A stretch of DNA of 64,000 bases from Methylococcaceae bacterium UBA1147. Lineage in GTDB: Bacteria; Pseudomonadota; Gammaproteobacteria; Methylococcales; UBA1147. This document shows positions 62,211 to 64,000 of this stretch, one piece after another. A program made the translations under genes and the position numbers. Location of the stretch: contig DBZZ01000076.1 in assembly GCA_002311315.1 (NCBI GenBank), positions 45,401-109,400 of the forward strand. Reading direction: 5' to 3'. Position 1 is the stretch's first letter; each line of letters begins with the position of its first letter. Below the pieces are notes generated by a model, which did not search any database, had not been told where the DNA came from, and was given only the letters and a program-made list of their open reading frames with translations.

Positions 62211-63899
62211 CTATTCCACCAGCGAAAGCCCTTCCCGACGCGGATCACTGGCCGCCGTAACGCGATTTGTCATCTTGTCCCAAAGAATGGCCTGCATGTT
62301 ACCATATTGACGATTGAGTTCTTTGACATCGTGCCCTTTCGCCTGCAATCCCTGAATTTCATCATCGCTCAAACCTCCCTTCTCGTATTCCACGACATCA
62401 GGCATGTACTGATGGTGAAACCTGGGCACGGACACCCATGAATCAGGCTCCTTTCCTGCCTCAAAATCCAGCGTGGCCAGAAGGATCATTGAGATAATCC
62501 GGCTCCCCCCCGGAGTACCGAGGATTGCCACCCGTTCCGGATTTTCAAGGAAGGTTGGCGTCATGCTCGACAGCATCCGTTTACCAGGCTCGATCATATT
62601 GGCCTCGCCTCCAGTCAACCCGTACACGTTGCCACTACCCGGGTGTACGACGAAATCATCCATCTCATCGTTCAGCAGCACCCCTGTTCCTGGAGCCACA
62701 AAACAGGAACCAAATGGATAATTGATACTAAGCGTCGCGGCCACCCGGTTGCCCTCAGCATCGATGATCGAAAAATGGGTGGTGTCTTGCCCTTCTCTTT
62801 CCGGTTCGCTGCGCCCGGTGTCCATTTCCGCCGTGAAGCCAGAACGGTCAATCCGGATACCGGAACCGAGAGCCGCCCCGTAGGGCAGACTGGTCAGGCG
62901 CTCAATGGGCATGGAAACAAAGTCCGGATCACCAAGGTAACGTGCACGGTCACGATAAGCCCGGCGCATCGCCTCGATCACCAGATGCTTGAAACCAATG
63001 GCATCAGATCGGGCCAGATCGAAGCCGGAGAGAATGTTCAATGCCTCGCTGAGAACCACTCCTCCCGAAGACGGCGGGGACGCACTGGTCACCCGGGTTC
63101 CACGGTAATTCGCATGGATTGGCTCCCGTTCAACGACCCGGTATTGCTCAAGGTCCGAAAAGCTCCACAGGCCCCCGTGCGCCCTGACACCCCGAACCAT
63201 CGCGCGGGCTACCGGGCCCGAATAGAATCCGTCCCGTCCGCGTTCAGAAATCTGCTCCAGAGTATGAGCCAGATCCTTTTGAACCAGCAGGAAGTCCGGA
63301 CCTGGAATCTTGCCATCGACAAGAAAAATCTTGGCGGCAGCCGGGTAGGCAAGCATGACCGGATAGCGAAAACCGATCAGCTTGAGATAGCTTTTACCAA
63401 TCACAAAGCCTTCCCGTGCAAGCCGCAAAGCCGGCCCAAGGCTGGTTTCCAACGACAGCCTACCGTATTTTTCTGCCAAGTGAATGATGGCCGCTGGCAT
63501 GCCCGGAATCCCCGCGGACAGGGGTCCATCAATCGACCGCTTCTGATCGAAACTGCCCTGTTCATCCAGAAACATGTCGCGGTGCGCGGCCAGAGGCGCG
63601 CGTTCCCGTCCATCAATCATCACCTGCTTTCCGTCACTGGCCCGGTGAAGTAGCCAGAAACCGCCGCCCCCGAGGCCCGACCCGGAGGGCTCCACCACAG
63701 CCAGTGCCGCGCTTACCGCAACCGCGGCATCAAACGCATTCCCACCCCGACGCATGGTTTCGATACCTGCGCGTGTGGCCAGCGGATGCGCGGTAGCCAC
63801 CGCGGAAGTCGGCAGGCCCGCCTGGATTTCCGCCGTCAACAGGAGAAAAAGAGCCAGCCAAAACCATCGACTCGGGCCGCCAATTATTGCCATCGGCAC
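62211..63899 (-). CDS. ggt: Gamma-glutamyltranspeptidase
   Basis: 562 aa with a signal peptide, the autoprocessing/nucleophile Thr in QDTTHFSIIDAEGN and TPGGSRII near the C-terminus. Confidence 0.9.
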   Translation of the reverse strand: MPMAIIGGPSRWFWLALFLLLTAEIQAGLPTSAVATAHPLATRAGIETMRRGGNAFDAAVAVSAALAVVEPSGSGLGGGGFWLLHRASDGKQVMIDGRERAPLAAHRDMFLDEQGSFDQKRSIDGPLSAGIPGMPAAIIHLAEKYGRLSLETSLGPALRLAREGFVIGKSYLKLIGFRYPVMLAYPAAAKIFLVDGKIPGPDFLLVQKDLAHTLEQISERGRDGFYSGPVARAMVRGVRAHGGLWSFSDLEQYRVVEREPIHANYRGTRVTSASPPSSGGVVLSEALNILSGFDLARSDAIGFKHLVIEAMRRAYRDRARYLGDPDFVSMPIERLTSLPYGAALGSGIRIDRSGFTAEMDTGRSEPEREGQDTTHFSIIDAEGNRVAATLSINYPFGSCFVAPGTGVLLNDEMDDFVVHPGSGNVYGLTGGEANMIEPGKRMLSSMTPTFLENPERVAILGTPGGSRIISMILLATLDFEAGKEPDSWVSVPRFHHQYMPDVVEYEKGGLSDDEIQGLQAKGHDVKELNRQYGNMQAILWDKMTNRVTAASDPRREGLSLVE

Positions 63900-63903
63900 A
63901 GTC

Positions 63904-64000
63904 TCAAACCTGTCCGGCAGTCAGCCTGAGGTACTTGATGTGCAAGGAATCCTGGCTCTCGATCCAGTCTGGATCCAAAATAATGCAGTCAACGGGACAA
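63904..64000 (-). CDS. 4Fe-4S ferredoxin (YfhL-like), C-terminal fragment; the 5' end lies outside the window
   Basis: The reverse-strand translation from the window edge reads CPVDCIILDPDWIESQDSLHIKYLRLTAGQV-stop (TGA at 63904-63906). CPxxC followed by an acidic tail is typical of small dicluster ferredoxins. Only about 32 codons are visible. Confidence 0.5.
   Translation of the reverse strand, partial: CPVDCIILDPDWIESQDSLHIKYLRLTAGQV

Overview
This is a chromosomal segment with gammaproteobacterial-type synteny: lptM-lysA-dapF-DUF484-xerC, xseB-ispA-dxs, rplM-rpsI, tusDCB, gltBD, rne and parE/parC. I can support about 50 protein genes, one tRNA (Gln-CUG), two intrinsic terminators and one sigma70-like promoter. 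I found no rRNA, CRISPR array, transposase or integrase. GC looks moderate and fairly uniform: hand counts of a few 60-nt lines gave roughly 48-58 percent, including in the accessory-looking genes. Most of the window is housekeeping. Five things stand out. (1) At 39.8-43.2 kb there is a tightly coupled minus-strand triad of a vWA protein, a PP2C phosphatase and a Ser/Thr kinase with a zinc ribbon. It sits between core genes and next to tRNA-Gln and a tRNA-like relic. This is a TerY-P-type phosphorylation triad and the best conflict/defence-system candidate in the window. (2) At 2.95-5.36 kb there is an overlapping two-gene module with no family I can name: a 4-TM protein with a long internal helical insert, plus a highly charged coiled-coil protein. 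A DUF2914-like single-pass membrane protein lies beside it. (3) relA carries two lesions within about 90 bp: a TGA replacing a conserved Cys, then a frameshift. (4) A 14.6-kb isoprenoid-to-hopanoid supercluster runs ispA-dxs / hpnH-ispH / sqs-shc-hpnG-hpnN-hpnO / hpnM. (5) sucB stands alone, and there are several unusually long non-coding gaps (parE-parC, ispH-sqs, and the rne leader). All family assignments come from motif recognition by eye. No database search was run.
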